Source of the DNA: a virus
Taxonomy: Duplodnaviria; Caudoviricetes
Virus record (IMG/VR): IMGVR_UViG_3300021976_000002
Span: 1-55,163 of that record
Reading direction: 5' to 3' (one strand)
Length of the DNA: 55,163 nt
Part shown: one piece after another, positions 18,389-28,486 of the stretch
How the letters are laid out: each line of letters begins with the position of its first letter
How positions within the stretch are numbered: position 1 is the stretch's first letter
The notes under the pieces: generated by a model
What the model saw: only the letters and a program-made list of their open reading frames with translations
Told to the model about the DNA's origin: nothing
Database searches by the model: none
Made by a program: the position numbers and the translations under genes

Positions 18389-19996
18389 CTACAGTACGCT
18401 TGCGGGGTCTTGTCCAGTTCGGAAAGCATCGATGGCAGCTTGTCCGGCGTTCATGAATGGGTCGAGCCAGTTGCCCTGATCGTCGGTGAGCTCATCCATC
18501 ACGTCATCGACGTTCTGAACACCGAGCGCCTGCAGAAGCAGTCGTGCGATAGTGGTCGGAGGAACCTTCCGGGTGCCGTCAGCAGCGACGATAGCATCGA
18601 CACGTTCCTTGACGTTCTCATCTTCCAGGTCAGGCCAGTCGACGTTGATCGTCAGGTCGGTGTCGCCAGCCAGGACTACCATGTTGCGTCGAGTGAATGG
18701 GTCCAGGATCGTACTACCCTGAAGCTTGCCCTGCGGAGCCACTACGGCCTGCTCGATAACGTACTGGCAGATAGCACGGTAAGCTTCGGACCAAAGCGAG
18801 CGTCGCTGCTTCATCCCCAATGCCATGGGCTTGTCGAGCGTCTCAGCAGTCGCCCTATTACCAGAGATGCCAGGGTCACCCAGAAGCACAGTGACAGGAA
18901 TACCCAGAGCAGCAGCGATCATGGAAGCCAGCGGACGACCCGACTCAGAATCGATCGTGGCACCCGACTTGGGAATAGCTTCGAAGTTCTGATCGTCGGT
19001 CATCACAACCGTACCACCAGAGTCGATCGACCTACCCGTGTTAGGGTCCACAGGGTTGTACGAACGAATCTTGTCTCGCTGAGCCTGCGCCTTGCTCTTC
19101 TTGTTCGAGGTAGCCTTCCAAGCAAAGCGACTGAGCGACTTGATCAGCGTAGCCCAGTCCTCCAGGAACTCCTTGTAGGCCCGAGCCCAAGCCAACGCAG
19201 CGAAGGCATCTCCGATACCGAACTGCCAACCATCCAGACGGTTGACCGACGTGTGGTAGATGGGAGCCGTCCACATCACAGTGTGTCCATCGATGGTTGC
19301 TTGCCGCGTGCGGGGCTGGTACCGCAAGTCTGGGTAGTAGGCCACATTGATCGTAGTCTGGGTCTTCAGGCCATCTGCGGTGAGTGAACGTTGCGTCCAC
19401 TGCCTCTTGTAGAACCAAGGCTCGTCACGGTCATCCGGGTTCGAGATGATCTCGGCAATCTCGGCAAACGGAATCGACCTGATCTGGACACGGCCAGTAC
19501 GAGGAGTAGTAAAGCAGGCGAGGAAGGTATTGCCATCTGTCCCGTGTGCTCGCTCTAGCTCTTCCTGTGCCTGGTCTCCTGACAGCGATGCACGGTTGCT
19601 TGGGTCGTTCCAGAACTCCTGGATGAGGGCATTGACATCCTGCTGACCATCCGTCTCACCATTGGCAGTAGCAGACACCTGCACACCGCCGCCGAAGATG
19701 TAAGCCTGACGGACGTTGAGACCTTGCTTGATGAGTGGGTTCGCTACTGCCATGATCCTGGCCAGAGCAGAAGCTCGACCCAGACCATTCCGACTGAACT
19801 GCTCGTTGCCAGTTCCAGTCAGTCGCTCCCAGCCCCTGTCCTCTAGAGCCAGTTCGAGGTCAGCCATACTCTCGGACATGACCTCACTGTTGTTGAGTAC
19901 CTGTCCAAGGCGTGCAGCCAACTCATTGTGCTTGGCGGCCACTTCAGTCACACGACTGAGGCCTACCCGATTCAGGACGGTGTCGACTACGCTCAC
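18389..19996 (-). CDS. Portal protein
   Basis: 535 aa after the terminase. NPLIK, DGNTF, ALGIPVTVLLGDPG and VDWP segments. Confidence 0.9.
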   Translation of the reverse strand: MSVVDTVLNRVGLSRVTEVAAKHNELAARLGQVLNNSEVMSESMADLELALEDRGWERLTGTGNEQFSRNGLGRASALARIMAVANPLIKQGLNVRQAYIFGGGVQVSATANGETDGQQDVNALIQEFWNDPSNRASLSGDQAQEELERAHGTDGNTFLACFTTPRTGRVQIRSIPFAEIAEIISNPDDRDEPWFYKRQWTQRSLTADGLKTQTTINVAYYPDLRYQPRTRQATIDGHTVMWTAPIYHTSVNRLDGWQFGIGDAFAALAWARAYKEFLEDWATLIKSLSRFAWKATSNKKSKAQAQRDKIRSYNPVDPNTGRSIDSGGTVVMTDDQNFEAIPKSGATIDSESGRPLASMIAAALGIPVTVLLGDPGISGNRATAETLDKPMALGMKQRRSLWSEAYRAICQYVIEQAVVAPQGKLQGSTILDPFTRRNMVVLAGDTDLTINVDWPDLEDENVKERVDAIVAADGTRKVPPTTIARLLLQALGVQNVDDVMDELTDDQGNWLDPFMNAGQAAIDAFRTGQDPASVL

Positions 19997-20006
19997 TCTC
20001 TACCCC

Positions 20007-20078
20007 TTAGAAGATGAAGATCAGTAGCGCAATGATGGCTAGTATAACCAGAACGGTTCCGAGGAATCCGTAATTCAT
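20007..20078 (-). CDS. 23-aa hydrophobic peptide
   Basis: MNYGFLGTVLVILAIIALLIFIF with a GGAGG RBS, in the terminase-portal gap. Confidence 0.6.
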   Translation of the reverse strand: MNYGFLGTVLVILAIIALLIFIF

Positions 20079-20102
20079 TTTGCCACCTCCCGTGTTGAAG
20101 TG

Positions 20103-21626
20103 TTAGTAGGGACTAATGCTATAGCCCCTCATATCCAGTTCCTCAAACTCCTCAGCTTGCCTCACTGCCGCTTGCTCATCCAACAGAGGCAGCAGGAGGA
20201 GTCGGTTGACAGCTTGGCTATCACAGTCCACCTGGTCGTCATTGGCACCATTAGGAAAGTCCTTGTGCTCCTGAACGAAGTCACCGACCCACGGTGCTAG
20301 CTCAGCAGTCGGGATGTGGACGTTCTTTGAATGCACCAACGGACTGATAGCACTTGCACGGGCATACTTCGATCCCTCAGGCTCGATCGGGATCATACCC
20401 ATCACCTTAGTATTGAGCATGTTCATGATAGCAGGACCGTTAGCCTTGTCCTCAATGAACTTCGCTACCGCCTGGGGCCACTTGGCACTTAGGTCCAAGA
20501 CAGCCTGCACCGTGGCATTGAAGTTCATCCTACCACGAACCTGATCCAGCAGGTAGACATGCACTCCGCGACGCAACCAGACTTGACCAACAACATAGTC
20601 AGACTGCTTGGTGTCCTTGAATGCCATGTCCCAAGACTGGACCATCTCTACGTCTTCATGGCCATACAGAACAACATGGGCGCCATCGGCTCGAACAATG
20701 TGCTGCGGGATATCGTACCGCGACCAGACCTCAGTTGGGAAGAGCCCGCCCTCGTCAGCAGTCGGCCTGCCCTGGTAGAGTGAGCTCCAGGTCCTTGGAC
20801 CCGAACGGACCTTGATGGCTTCCCACTGCTTGCCCGTCCGGAGTCGAGCGGAGCGCATGAACTCCCCTGGCTCACGATCGAGAGCATCGACCCTTCGGTC
20901 GGGATCTTCATGTTCAGGGTTATGATCAGCCTGCGCTGGGATGTTGATGACCTTCCACAGGTGACCATCCTCGGCGGCTTGCAACCGACCAGCCAGGTCA
21001 TCGTGGTGCCACCTTGTCAGGATCAACACCACAGGGGCTCCGGGAGAGAGGCGAGTCGATGCGGTCTCCGTCCAGAAGTCCCACGCATTGTCCCGAACTG
21101 TCTTGCTGTCTGCGGCTTGTCTGTTCTTGACGGGGTCATCGATGATCAGCATGTCACCAGGACGACCTGTGATGGCTCCATCCAAACCGGCTGCGATGAT
21201 GCCGCCCTCAGTAGCAGAGCCTGCCAACTCCCACTCATGCTGGGAGGACAGGTCGTGCCTGATGGCCATGTTGAGCCGGCCGCCATGCATCAGGATCATG
21301 TTGCGAACCCAGCGACTATGACGGCGAGCCATCCCCATCTCATAGGAGGTGACGATGACACGGAGGTTGTGATTCTGTTCCAGAGCCCAGAGAGGGAACC
21401 AACGACTCGCTCGCTGGCTCTTCCCCTCCTGAGGTGGCATGCTGATGATGACTCGGGCGTCGGGAGTATTGTACGCCTCTACCAACGCTTGGTCGATCAG
21501 GTCAAGAGCAGGAGTCTGGATCGTCTTGGGGTCGAGGTCCTTAGCCATGGCGCCAGGGGTAGCCCACTTGGATGTCGCACGCTTCTGGAAACGCTTGGCG
21601 GCGTGCTCTGCCCAGGCAATGGTCAC
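20103..21626 (-). CDS. terL: Terminase large subunit
   Basis: MPPQEGKS Walker A, LIIDDP Walker B, TRWHHDDL, SWDMAF, IEDKANG and DDQVD nuclease motifs. Confidence 0.95.
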   Translation of the reverse strand: MTIAWAEHAAKRFQKRATSKWATPGAMAKDLDPKTIQTPALDLIDQALVEAYNTPDARVIISMPPQEGKSQRASRWFPLWALEQNHNLRVIVTSYEMGMARRHSRWVRNMILMHGGRLNMAIRHDLSSQHEWELAGSATEGGIIAAGLDGAITGRPGDMLIIDDPVKNRQAADSKTVRDNAWDFWTETASTRLSPGAPVVLILTRWHHDDLAGRLQAAEDGHLWKVINIPAQADHNPEHEDPDRRVDALDREPGEFMRSARLRTGKQWEAIKVRSGPRTWSSLYQGRPTADEGGLFPTEVWSRYDIPQHIVRADGAHVVLYGHEDVEMVQSWDMAFKDTKQSDYVVGQVWLRRGVHVYLLDQVRGRMNFNATVQAVLDLSAKWPQAVAKFIEDKANGPAIMNMLNTKVMGMIPIEPEGSKYARASAISPLVHSKNVHIPTAELAPWVGDFVQEHKDFPNGANDDQVDCDSQAVNRLLLLPLLDEQAAVRQAEEFEELDMRGYSISPY

Positions 21627-21627
21627 C

Positions 21628-22089
21628 TCAGTCCTGCCCCTCTGATCCTTCTCCGATAGCCTTCTGCCCACTGGCAGCCAAGGACATCAGATGGCTAGCG
21701 GCGACCTCTCCTGCACGCTCCTGCTGCTCATCGGTCAGGTTGAGGTCAGCAAGGACCCCTTGAATGACTCCAGCGACCAGCTCGCCCTGACGTTCCGGAA
21801 GACGAGTCGCATGCTGGAAGGCAGCCAGGTCTCCGATGCGACCGAGCACTCGATCGACAACGTACTTGGCAGCTTCGAACTTGATTCGCTCAGTACTTCC
21901 GTGGACAGCCATCTGAATGATCGACAGCGCGGCGGTGTACACGTTCTCTTCGAAGAGTCGGTACGCCATTGCATCGTACGCTTCATCGCCATGAATGGTG
22001 CGCTCCATGATCAGAGCGTCGGTGTCTTCCTGCGGAGGGAAGCCATCGTCCTCTTCACCATCGTCCGAGCGGTAGACGTCGTCAGTCAT
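21628..22089 (-). CDS. Probable terminase small subunit
   Basis: Directly upstream of terL; GGAGG RBS; helical protein. Confidence 0.6.
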   Translation of the reverse strand: MTDDVYRSDDGEEDDGFPPQEDTDALIMERTIHGDEAYDAMAYRLFEENVYTAALSIIQMAVHGSTERIKFEAAKYVVDRVLGRIGDLAAFQHATRLPERQGELVAGVIQGVLADLNLTDEQQERAGEVAASHLMSLAASGQKAIGEGSEGQD

Positions 22090-22165
22090 AGTGGCACCTC
22101 CCTTACCTATATGATAACGGTTACACTTACTGGAAGACAAGATTGTTGATATCTCGAGAACACTA

Positions 22166-22174
22166 TGCTATACT
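22166..22174 (+). promoter_or_regulatory. Extended -10 promoter (TGcTATACT) for a leaderless gene
   Basis: ATG at 22181 lies 6 nt after the -10 hexamer, with no SD. Confidence 0.6.
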
Positions 22175-22180
22175 AGACGC

Positions 22181-22399
22181 ATGAAGGTGTGGAGCGTACT
22201 CGTAGGCTACACCACGCAGCGACCGATCATTCCGGATCAACACACAAGATGGGTCCGTGTAGCATCTGCCTCACCAGTGGAGGCAACACTCATCGCTGCC
22301 CAGATGGTCGGCACGCACTGTACGATGGTGACGTCGACAAAGATCTTGTGGCCTGCGGGTTGCCCTCTGCATGCAGTGTGTGATAAGATACATACATGA
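22181..22399 (+). CDS. Hypothetical protein
   Basis: Leaderless start; ORF track. Confidence 0.55.
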   Translation: MKVWSVLVGYTTQRPIIPDQHTRWVRVASASPVEATLIAAQMVGTHCTMVTSTKILWPAGCPLHAVCDKIHT

Positions 22400-22581
22400 G
22401 CGAGAGAGTGAAGCGGAGCGGCAACGGCTACAAGGCCGAGAGCCCGAAGGGGTTCGCCAGGTTCTTCTCGAGCGACGAGCTTGACAAGGCTGAGGCGTAC
22501 GCACGAGGCGAGAAGGTCAACTCCGCCAACGAGTTCACAGCCGCTACGTCCATCAGCAAGGGCAACCGGAAGGACTACTGA
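22396..22581 (+). CDS. Hypothetical protein
   Basis: Leaderless start after TGaTAAGAT; host-like codon bias. Confidence 0.65.
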   Translation: MSERVKRSGNGYKAESPKGFARFFSSDELDKAEAYARGEKVNSANEFTAATSISKGNRKDY

Positions 22582-22783
22582 TCATGTGTGAGCACGAGGG
22601 TCGCGAGTGCATCTACCGTTCATGCCGATGCGAGTGCATGACGTGTATGTTCGGCGAAGAGGATCTTGACGACAGCGACCTCGACACAGGCGACTGATCG
22701 TTCCGGCAAGACCAACAAGGGCTCCTACCCAAGCAATGAACCACAGGTGGAGCCTTTAGGTCTGCTTGCCGCTGCAGGCTAAG

Positions 22784-23008
22784 TCAGGCTTGGGCCTTGC
22801 GGAGCCGCTCTACCTTGCGGCGCTCGTACTCTTCCTTGGTGATAGGCTTGGGTCCCTTCAGACTCTTGCGGCACTTGGAACAGATCTTGTACTCCTTGAT
22901 CTTCTCCGTGTGGCGTGGTGAGTCGAAGAAGTCCTCCTTGTCCTGCCAGGTGTCGCAACGCTTGCACAGCCAGTAGTCTGGATGGAACATCTTAGGCACG
23001 TCGTTCAT
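22784..23008 (-). CDS. Small zinc-finger protein
   Basis: CKRC...CSKC; GGAG RBS. Confidence 0.65.
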   Translation of the reverse strand: MNDVPKMFHPDYWLCKRCDTWQDKEDFFDSPRHTEKIKEYKICSKCRKSLKGPKPITKEEYERRKVERLRKAQA

Positions 23009-23125
23009 ATGCGACTCTCCTTGTCACGCCCTTCAAGGATGACAGGAAGGAACTCTCTCGGAAGTCCTCCGCCATCTTCGAAGTGCTTGAGCAGCTTCTT
23101 CAGGTCAATGTACATGCTGAGCTTC

Positions 23126-23542
23126 TTAAACAGTACGATGCGTTGATCCATTGTTCTGCTCCTTGTTCGTCTCGGTTCGTGGCATGATCATAGCTTCCAT
23201 ATCCTCTTGACTAGGAAGTCCATCGTCAGCAATCATAGCACGCATCTCGGCTAGGGTTGTATTGGACTTCACAATGTCCTCGTCAAAGATCCTCAACAGA
23301 CCGATAACGTCAATATACTCGTTGAGAGGCACTGCGGCCCTTCTAATGAGCCCAGCCTCTGTCTTCGGGGCCCCTCGACGGTCGGCACTAGCTTGTCGGT
23401 TTGCCTCTTTAACACAAAGCTTACACCACGAATGCAGACCACTCTTGGTAGTCTTCAAAGGGTAGAAAGCGTGAGCGTCTAACCATAGCTGACACTTATT
23501 GCATTGATAGAGATCCCCATCTCTCTTCCTGTATCGAGCCAC
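23126..23542 (-). CDS. Zinc-finger protein
   Basis: CNKC...GLHSWCKLC, like the Zn ribbons found on phage endonucleases; GGAGG RBS. Confidence 0.65.
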   Translation of the reverse strand: MARYRKRDGDLYQCNKCQLWLDAHAFYPLKTTKSGLHSWCKLCVKEANRQASADRRGAPKTEAGLIRRAAVPLNEYIDVIGLLRIFDEDIVKSNTTLAEMRAMIADDGLPSQEDMEAMIMPRTETNKEQNNGSTHRTV

Positions 23543-23544
23543 AT

Positions 23545-23945
23545 GCCCTCCTTTATCGATGATTTGTAGCCTTATTAATATAATAGTGTGCTCGCTTGTG
23601 TCTTGGCAACGGGTACGAATGGCATTTGGTAATTTTTCATTCTGTTATCCCCCCAAGATCTTAATACTAATAGAGGTCTCACGTATAGTGAGATAACATG
23701 CTCGCCATCTACATAGAAGTCTTATATAGTGATTAATATAGATTAATAGAATTCCTAATTATCTATAGAACCTCAACCCCCTAACTGGCACGGTCCTTTT
23801 TATGGTCCGCAGGAGATTGATTAAGAGCAGGTGAGGTCACTGATGCTTTGTGGGTTGTAGTCATGATCTTCTAGAACATCTTCCCCGGACACCGTTGCCA
23901 TCTCATGAAGGCTGGAGTATGATAGACTTATAACAAATACGAGCT
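23545..23945. other. AT-rich non-coding divergence region (promoters; possible origin or genome end)
   Basis: No ORF, markedly AT-rich, lies between the divergent gene blocks. TTGCCA...TATGAT near 23895-23923. Confidence 0.55.
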
Positions 23946-24018
23946 CTCGATGAGCTACCTGAACGGCAACATCAACAGAGAAGTCAACACAACATCATCA
24001 CAAGAAGAGAGGTACGGC

Positions 24019-24387
24019 ATGAACGAGGTCAGCAACGAGACTCAGCACAAAGCTGACGGCACTAGCAACCCTGTAAAGGGGGTGTACATCGACCTGGAGG
24101 TTACCCTTGACTGGGCTGACCTAGGTGAGCTTGCTGCTGAACAGAACTCAGACAGCCAAGGACGCTTCCTTCTTGAGTTCGCCCACGCACTACGAAAGCT
24201 AGGCAATGACGATAGCGAACACGACACATCTGGCACCAGAGGGGGAATACAGATCGCCGCCATCGCACATGAGATCGAGTCCTTCGAGGAGGGAGACCGA
24301 AAGAAGGTCGAATGGCTATTGAGTAGTCTAATCGACCACATTACAGCAGTGCCATGGACCGAACTCAATGAGAAGGGTACGTTCTGA
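24019..24387 (+). CDS. Hypothetical early protein
   Basis: GAGG RBS before MNEVSN. Confidence 0.65.
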   Translation: MNEVSNETQHKADGTSNPVKGVYIDLEVTLDWADLGELAAEQNSDSQGRFLLEFAHALRKLGNDDSEHDTSGTRGGIQIAAIAHEIESFEEGDRKKVEWLLSSLIDHITAVPWTELNEKGTF

Positions 24388-24602
24388 TGAGCAAGATCAA
24401 AGTCATCCTCGCTGCGATAGCTGCCATGATGATCGTGAGCGCTGGCACCGCAGCTATCATCACCCTCACCTCCGAAGGGAAGGAATGCCCAGCACTACGC
24501 AACCAATACAACGAGCCGAACCATAACGTCATGTCGTGCGATGAGCTCCATCAGTACGACCAAGAGGTTGCCGACTTCATCGGTGAATTGGACTTGCCAT
24601 GA
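24387..24602 (+). CDS. Small secreted/membrane protein
   Basis: N-terminal hydrophobic segment and two Cys residues. Confidence 0.6.
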   Translation: MSKIKVILAAIAAMMIVSAGTAAIITLTSEGKECPALRNQYNEPNHNVMSCDELHQYDQEVADFIGELDLP

Positions 24603-24768
24603 GCACACCTGACACGACTAACACCCTACCCCGCAAGGCCTACCTCAGAGGTAAAGGCCGCGTTCGTATACTAGAGTACGGCCCGACTGGCAAGCCTAAC
24701 TACTTCCTCGTGCTCACGTGGCGAGACGAGCGTGTGATGGTCCACCGTGACAGGCTAAGGTTTATACT

Positions 24769-25041
24769 ATGAGCAAGCCAGAGACGGACTGGAAGAGCGT
24801 AGCCTGGGCATTGGGTGAGCGCATGGAGCACCATGCCTATTGCGAGTCCCACAATGAACAAGAAGCAGACCTCAAGGGCTGCCCGTTCTGCAAAGACCGA
24901 GCTGTGTATCGTATGTACCAGGAAGCCATGAGGTCTATTGGGTACACCTTCAAGGACCTCATTAAGACCAACAACAACGTGTCGCTGCGTGAGATCTTAC
25001 GGAACCCCGACAAGTACACTACGCCAGAGGTGTCAGAATGA
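24769..25041 (+). CDS. Hypothetical protein
   Basis: C-x-x-H...CPFC; coupled overlaps with neighbours. Confidence 0.6.
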   Translation: MSKPETDWKSVAWALGERMEHHAYCESHNEQEADLKGCPFCKDRAVYRMYQEAMRSIGYTFKDLIKTNNNVSLREILRNPDKYTTPEVSE

Positions 25042-25361
25042 GCGACAAGCTAGTCACCATTGAGACCATGCCTTGTCCTGACTGTGGCAAAGAGGGCAAG
25101 GTCGAGAACGTATCTGAGAATGGCTACAAGCGTTGGAGAGCTGGCGACTTCATTCAGAATGCCTTGCCAGAGCTTTCGCCCGAGAAGCGGGAACAGATGA
25201 TGACCGGCATGCACCCAGAGTGTTGGAATCGAATGTTCCCACCCGACCCCGACGAGTGCAACGGTATCTGCATGACCGGTTACGATGTAGGCATACCGGA
25301 CCCAGGCATCGCCTACCCTCACCCTGACTGCCCTGTGCATGGAGACCCGAAGGAGCACTAA
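25038..25361 (+). CDS. Cys-rich hypothetical protein
   Basis: CPDC, IQNALPELSPEKREQMMTGMHPECW and HPDCPVH motifs. Confidence 0.7.
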   Translation: MSDKLVTIETMPCPDCGKEGKVENVSENGYKRWRAGDFIQNALPELSPEKREQMMTGMHPECWNRMFPPDPDECNGICMTGYDVGIPDPGIAYPHPDCPVHGDPKEH

Positions 25362-25669
25362 TGACTGACACTCCAGACCTAGGAAAGCGACTCCGCGAAC
25401 TGCGTACCAAGACTGGCCTGTCACATGAGGATGCAGTCCGCCGACTAGAGCGTGAAGATACTATCGAGCGGGCGGCAAAGGTGATGCAGACCACCTATGA
25501 TAAAGTCGATTACGTGGACGACTCCGACCGTGCATTGGCCCTGGACAGAGCCGGTCTCCTCGCCCACACCGAACACGACCGCAAACTACTAGCGCGTGGA
25601 TGGGATGAGGGACTGCACGCCAGCTTCATCGACGCCAATGCGACCAACCCTTACGAAAAGAAGGACTAA
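25361..25669 (+). CDS. Hypothetical protein, XRE-HTH-like N-terminus
   Basis: LGKRLRELRTKTGLS resembles the start of an XRE HTH, but the rest is not conserved. Confidence 0.55.
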   Translation: MTDTPDLGKRLRELRTKTGLSHEDAVRRLEREDTIERAAKVMQTTYDKVDYVDDSDRALALDRAGLLAHTEHDRKLLARGWDEGLHASFIDANATNPYEKKD

Positions 25670-26204
25670 TGGGACCACCTGGACCTAGAGACGCGAACAA
25701 CACCTCGGACGCCTACAAGAAGGCTGCTGCCAACAGAGCCAAGCAGAACAAGATCGACGAAGCGAAGAAGACCAAGGCGAAACGAGCCGAGGCCAACAAG
25801 GACCCTATGAAGTGGTTTCGTGACAACAAGAAAGGGAAGTAATGGGTAAGTCCCGATTCGAAGAGCTCACACCTGGTGGAAAGAAGATCTGGAAGCACAT
25901 CAGGATGGCTGAGCCCAGCAACAGGCGAGACAAGGCAATCGACAACATTGTCAAGCCTGCCAAGGAGTACAAGTCCGCCGATCAGGCTAAGGCCGAGAAA
26001 GGAAAGTAACATGCCCACCGAACCTTCGCTAAAGCCCCTCACCATCGAGGAGGCCAGAGGGTACACAGGTGCTAGAGTACAATACAGTACGCACGACACA
26101 CCTGAGTTCGGTTTCATTGTCAGTACCAGTGCCTGGTTCATCTTCGTTCGCTTCGATGGCGACCTGCATGCTAAGGCCGTATCGCCCGACTGTCTGGAGT
26201 TACT

Positions 26205-26603
26205 GTGGCCCGTGGAATACGAAGCGTCGTGGCATGCTGCATTGGAGTCGCAGCCATCATTGCCGGAGCACCTTCAGCACACGGAGTAGTCACACTTAGC
26301 CAAGCTGCCACACAGACACCCTGTGAGCGTGCGGTCATTCACAGTCAGAGCGTTATCGATGCGACGGCACAACTACTAACGCTGGCTAACCAAAGCATAC
26401 AAAATAGCAATGCGTTGGCGAACGAACTAGCTAAGCCAGCACCCGACCAGGCTTCGCTGACAGCTATTAGGAACCACGCACAAGAGATCAACGACACACC
26501 GCGGCCAGACCTAGTAGCACTTGGTGATCTCTATGAAGGTGCCGTAACTGAATGCCTCTGGCCCGAGCGTAGCTTCTACAAGTCCAAACCTAGCCTACGC
26601 TGA
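26205..26603 (+). CDS. Secreted helical protein
   Basis: Signal-peptide-like N-terminus; two Cys residues bracket a helical region. Confidence 0.6.
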   Translation: MARGIRSVVACCIGVAAIIAGAPSAHGVVTLSQAATQTPCERAVIHSQSVIDATAQLLTLANQSIQNSNALANELAKPAPDQASLTAIRNHAQEINDTPRPDLVALGDLYEGAVTECLWPERSFYKSKPSLR

Positions 26604-27222
26604 CCCTGTGGTGCTTGCGTGCTGAGGGGCCGTCTTGTCGAAAGGGAAACGTACATGACTGAGCTTGAGGGAACCACAGGTCTGCAGAGGGTGCAAGAGT
26701 ACATAGTGGCGGCTAGAGGGCATGCACGACTCCTTCAGAAGCCTGAGCACAGCGTACAGAACAAGACCGACTACCAGCAGGGGATAATTGACGGTGTGCT
26801 GGGCCTGCTGGACGGGTTAGACTTGGTCATCGCAGGCAAGCAGAACGAAGACCTACCACCGAGGAGTCCATATGATCACACGTGACAACATTATTGCGGT
26901 GCTGGCATCGGCAGACGGGATAACATTCGACATTCACAACCCCGACACCGTGCGGAGCATTTACAGCAAGCAGGCAGATGCTCTGTACGAGCTCTTTGCC
27001 AACAGCCAAGGCAGGTGCCGCCATGCGGCTATCGAGCTTGATCCAGTTCCTGAACTTCGCCCGTGTCGAAGGTGTGAAGGTTCGGGAGGAAACCAAAGGG
27101 GACAAGACATCTGTTGGTCTGTACTCGTACGGACTGGCTGATGGAATAATCACTGGTATTGACCAAGTGTTCGCCTTCCTCGAAGGTAAGCCTGTAGGTC
27201 GAGCCGCAGTGAAGTTGGAAGA

Positions 27223-27576
27223 GTGATGACTGACTCCTGGGAACGATGGACGGCTCTGTCACCGATCACTCGTAGGTTCCTCATGGACAACCACTCAACT
27301 GAGATCCGACTAGTCGGTGAGCTAGCACACCTGTCAGGCTTCCCGATTGAGAACTGGATCGAGGTGTACAACGAGTACGGGCACCGAAGGGAGTTCGAGG
27401 ACCTAGCCCAGTGGTGCGTCGAGACAGGTGGGAGCCCTGGGATGTTAAAGAGCCTGTTCGTAGCGATCGAGCCTCCGCACACTAGGACTCGACCGACGCT
27501 GCTTCAGATGTTGTACGAGCTAGTCGGTGAGATGGTAGGTGCCCTGATGGATAGGTTGTCGTCTAGAAGATCTTGA
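27223..27576 (+). CDS. Hypothetical protein
   Basis: ORF track; operon packing. Confidence 0.55.
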   Translation: MMTDSWERWTALSPITRRFLMDNHSTEIRLVGELAHLSGFPIENWIEVYNEYGHRREFEDLAQWCVETGGSPGMLKSLFVAIEPPHTRTRPTLLQMLYELVGEMVGALMDRLSSRRS

Positions 27577-27665
27577 ATTGCCGGGTTGCCCTGGCGTTGC
27601 GACTGCTATATATTTGTATCAAGAGCAGGGGAGCGAGTCCCCAGCAAGGAGCAAAGGAGAAGGTC

Positions 27666-28037
27666 ATGCGCAACGCCAAGGGGCAGTTCGTCAAGAAGAC
27701 GGCCGAGACCACTCTCGACCACCTCGCCGACGAGCTCCTGAAGGACAAGACCGCCAAGCACCTCCAGATCGTGGCCCGCTACAACGAGCAGAAGGCCAAC
27801 GAGGTTGTCAACCCGATCGTCCTCGCCGCGCTGCTTGAGGTCCGGCCCCAGATGATCTACAACTACATCCGCAAGGGCCGCTTCACCGACCTGAGCGAAG
27901 ACGGACACGGTGCGGACTTCAACAACACCCAGAAGCGTGTCATCCGCTTCGACGAGGCGAACACCTTCGCCCAGCAGTACGTCGGGCGCCAGGAAGTCAA
28001 GGCGGCCAAGATTGAGGCCGAGCTCGCTGGGGCGTGA
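27666..28037 (+). CDS. HTH DNA-binding protein (paralog family, copy 1)
   Basis: VNPIVLAALLEVRPQMIYNYIRKG; AAGGAG RBS; strong codon bias. Confidence 0.75.
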   Translation: MRNAKGQFVKKTAETTLDHLADELLKDKTAKHLQIVARYNEQKANEVVNPIVLAALLEVRPQMIYNYIRKGRFTDLSEDGHGADFNNTQKRVIRFDEANTFAQQYVGRQEVKAAKIEAELAGA

Positions 28038-28056
28038 GAAGTACAAGTGTACCCAG

Positions 28057-28062
28057 TATAAT
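28057..28062 (+). promoter_or_regulatory. -10 box TATAAT upstream of the RNA locus
   Basis: Consensus hexamer 8 nt before the first tRNA-like element. Confidence 0.6.
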
Positions 28063-28070
28063 TGAATATA

Positions 28071-28153
28071 GGGTCCTGAGCGTGAGGCGACGCGTCCTTA
28101 AACGGCCATAACCAGGTCATTGGGAAGAGTAGGTTCAACTCCTACAGGATCCA
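28071..28153 (+). ncRNA. tRNA-like RNA 1 with elongated anticodon arm
   Basis: Acceptor GGGTCCT/AGGATCC plus A; D-stem GCGT/ACGC; T-arm GTAGG-TTCAACT-CCTAC; non-canonical long middle arm. Confidence 0.7.
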
Positions 28154-28195
28154 CGGCGACAGGAGAGGCCTGTTGCAAGGCAAAAGGAGAAAGAA

Positions 28196-28387
28196 ATGTT
28201 CAAGCGCACACTCGCCACGCTGGCGGCCACGGTCGTGCTCGGTGTTGCTGGCGGAGGGATCGCTCAGGCGACCTCGCCCGTCTACCAGCCCAAGCTCACC
28301 GTTGCCACCCCGCCCAAGAACTGCGACGACAACCAGCCGCTTCCCCCGTACTCGTCTTTCCGAGTCGGCGGAGCGACGCGTTCCTGA
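28196..28387 (+). CDS. Small secreted peptide precursor (63 aa)
   Basis: AAGGAG RBS; MFKRTLATLAATVVLGVAGGGIAQA signal peptide with an AxA cleavage site. Confidence 0.65.
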   Translation: MFKRTLATLAATVVLGVAGGGIAQATSPVYQPKLTVATPPKNCDDNQPLPPYSSFRVGGATRS

Positions 28388-28486
28388 AAGGGAACTCAAG
28401 ACCGCTAGCCCAGCTAGCGCGTGAGGAGGGGGAGGGGGAGAAGTCACCCAAGTGATCATCCCCCCTCCACCGATACAACTACACAT

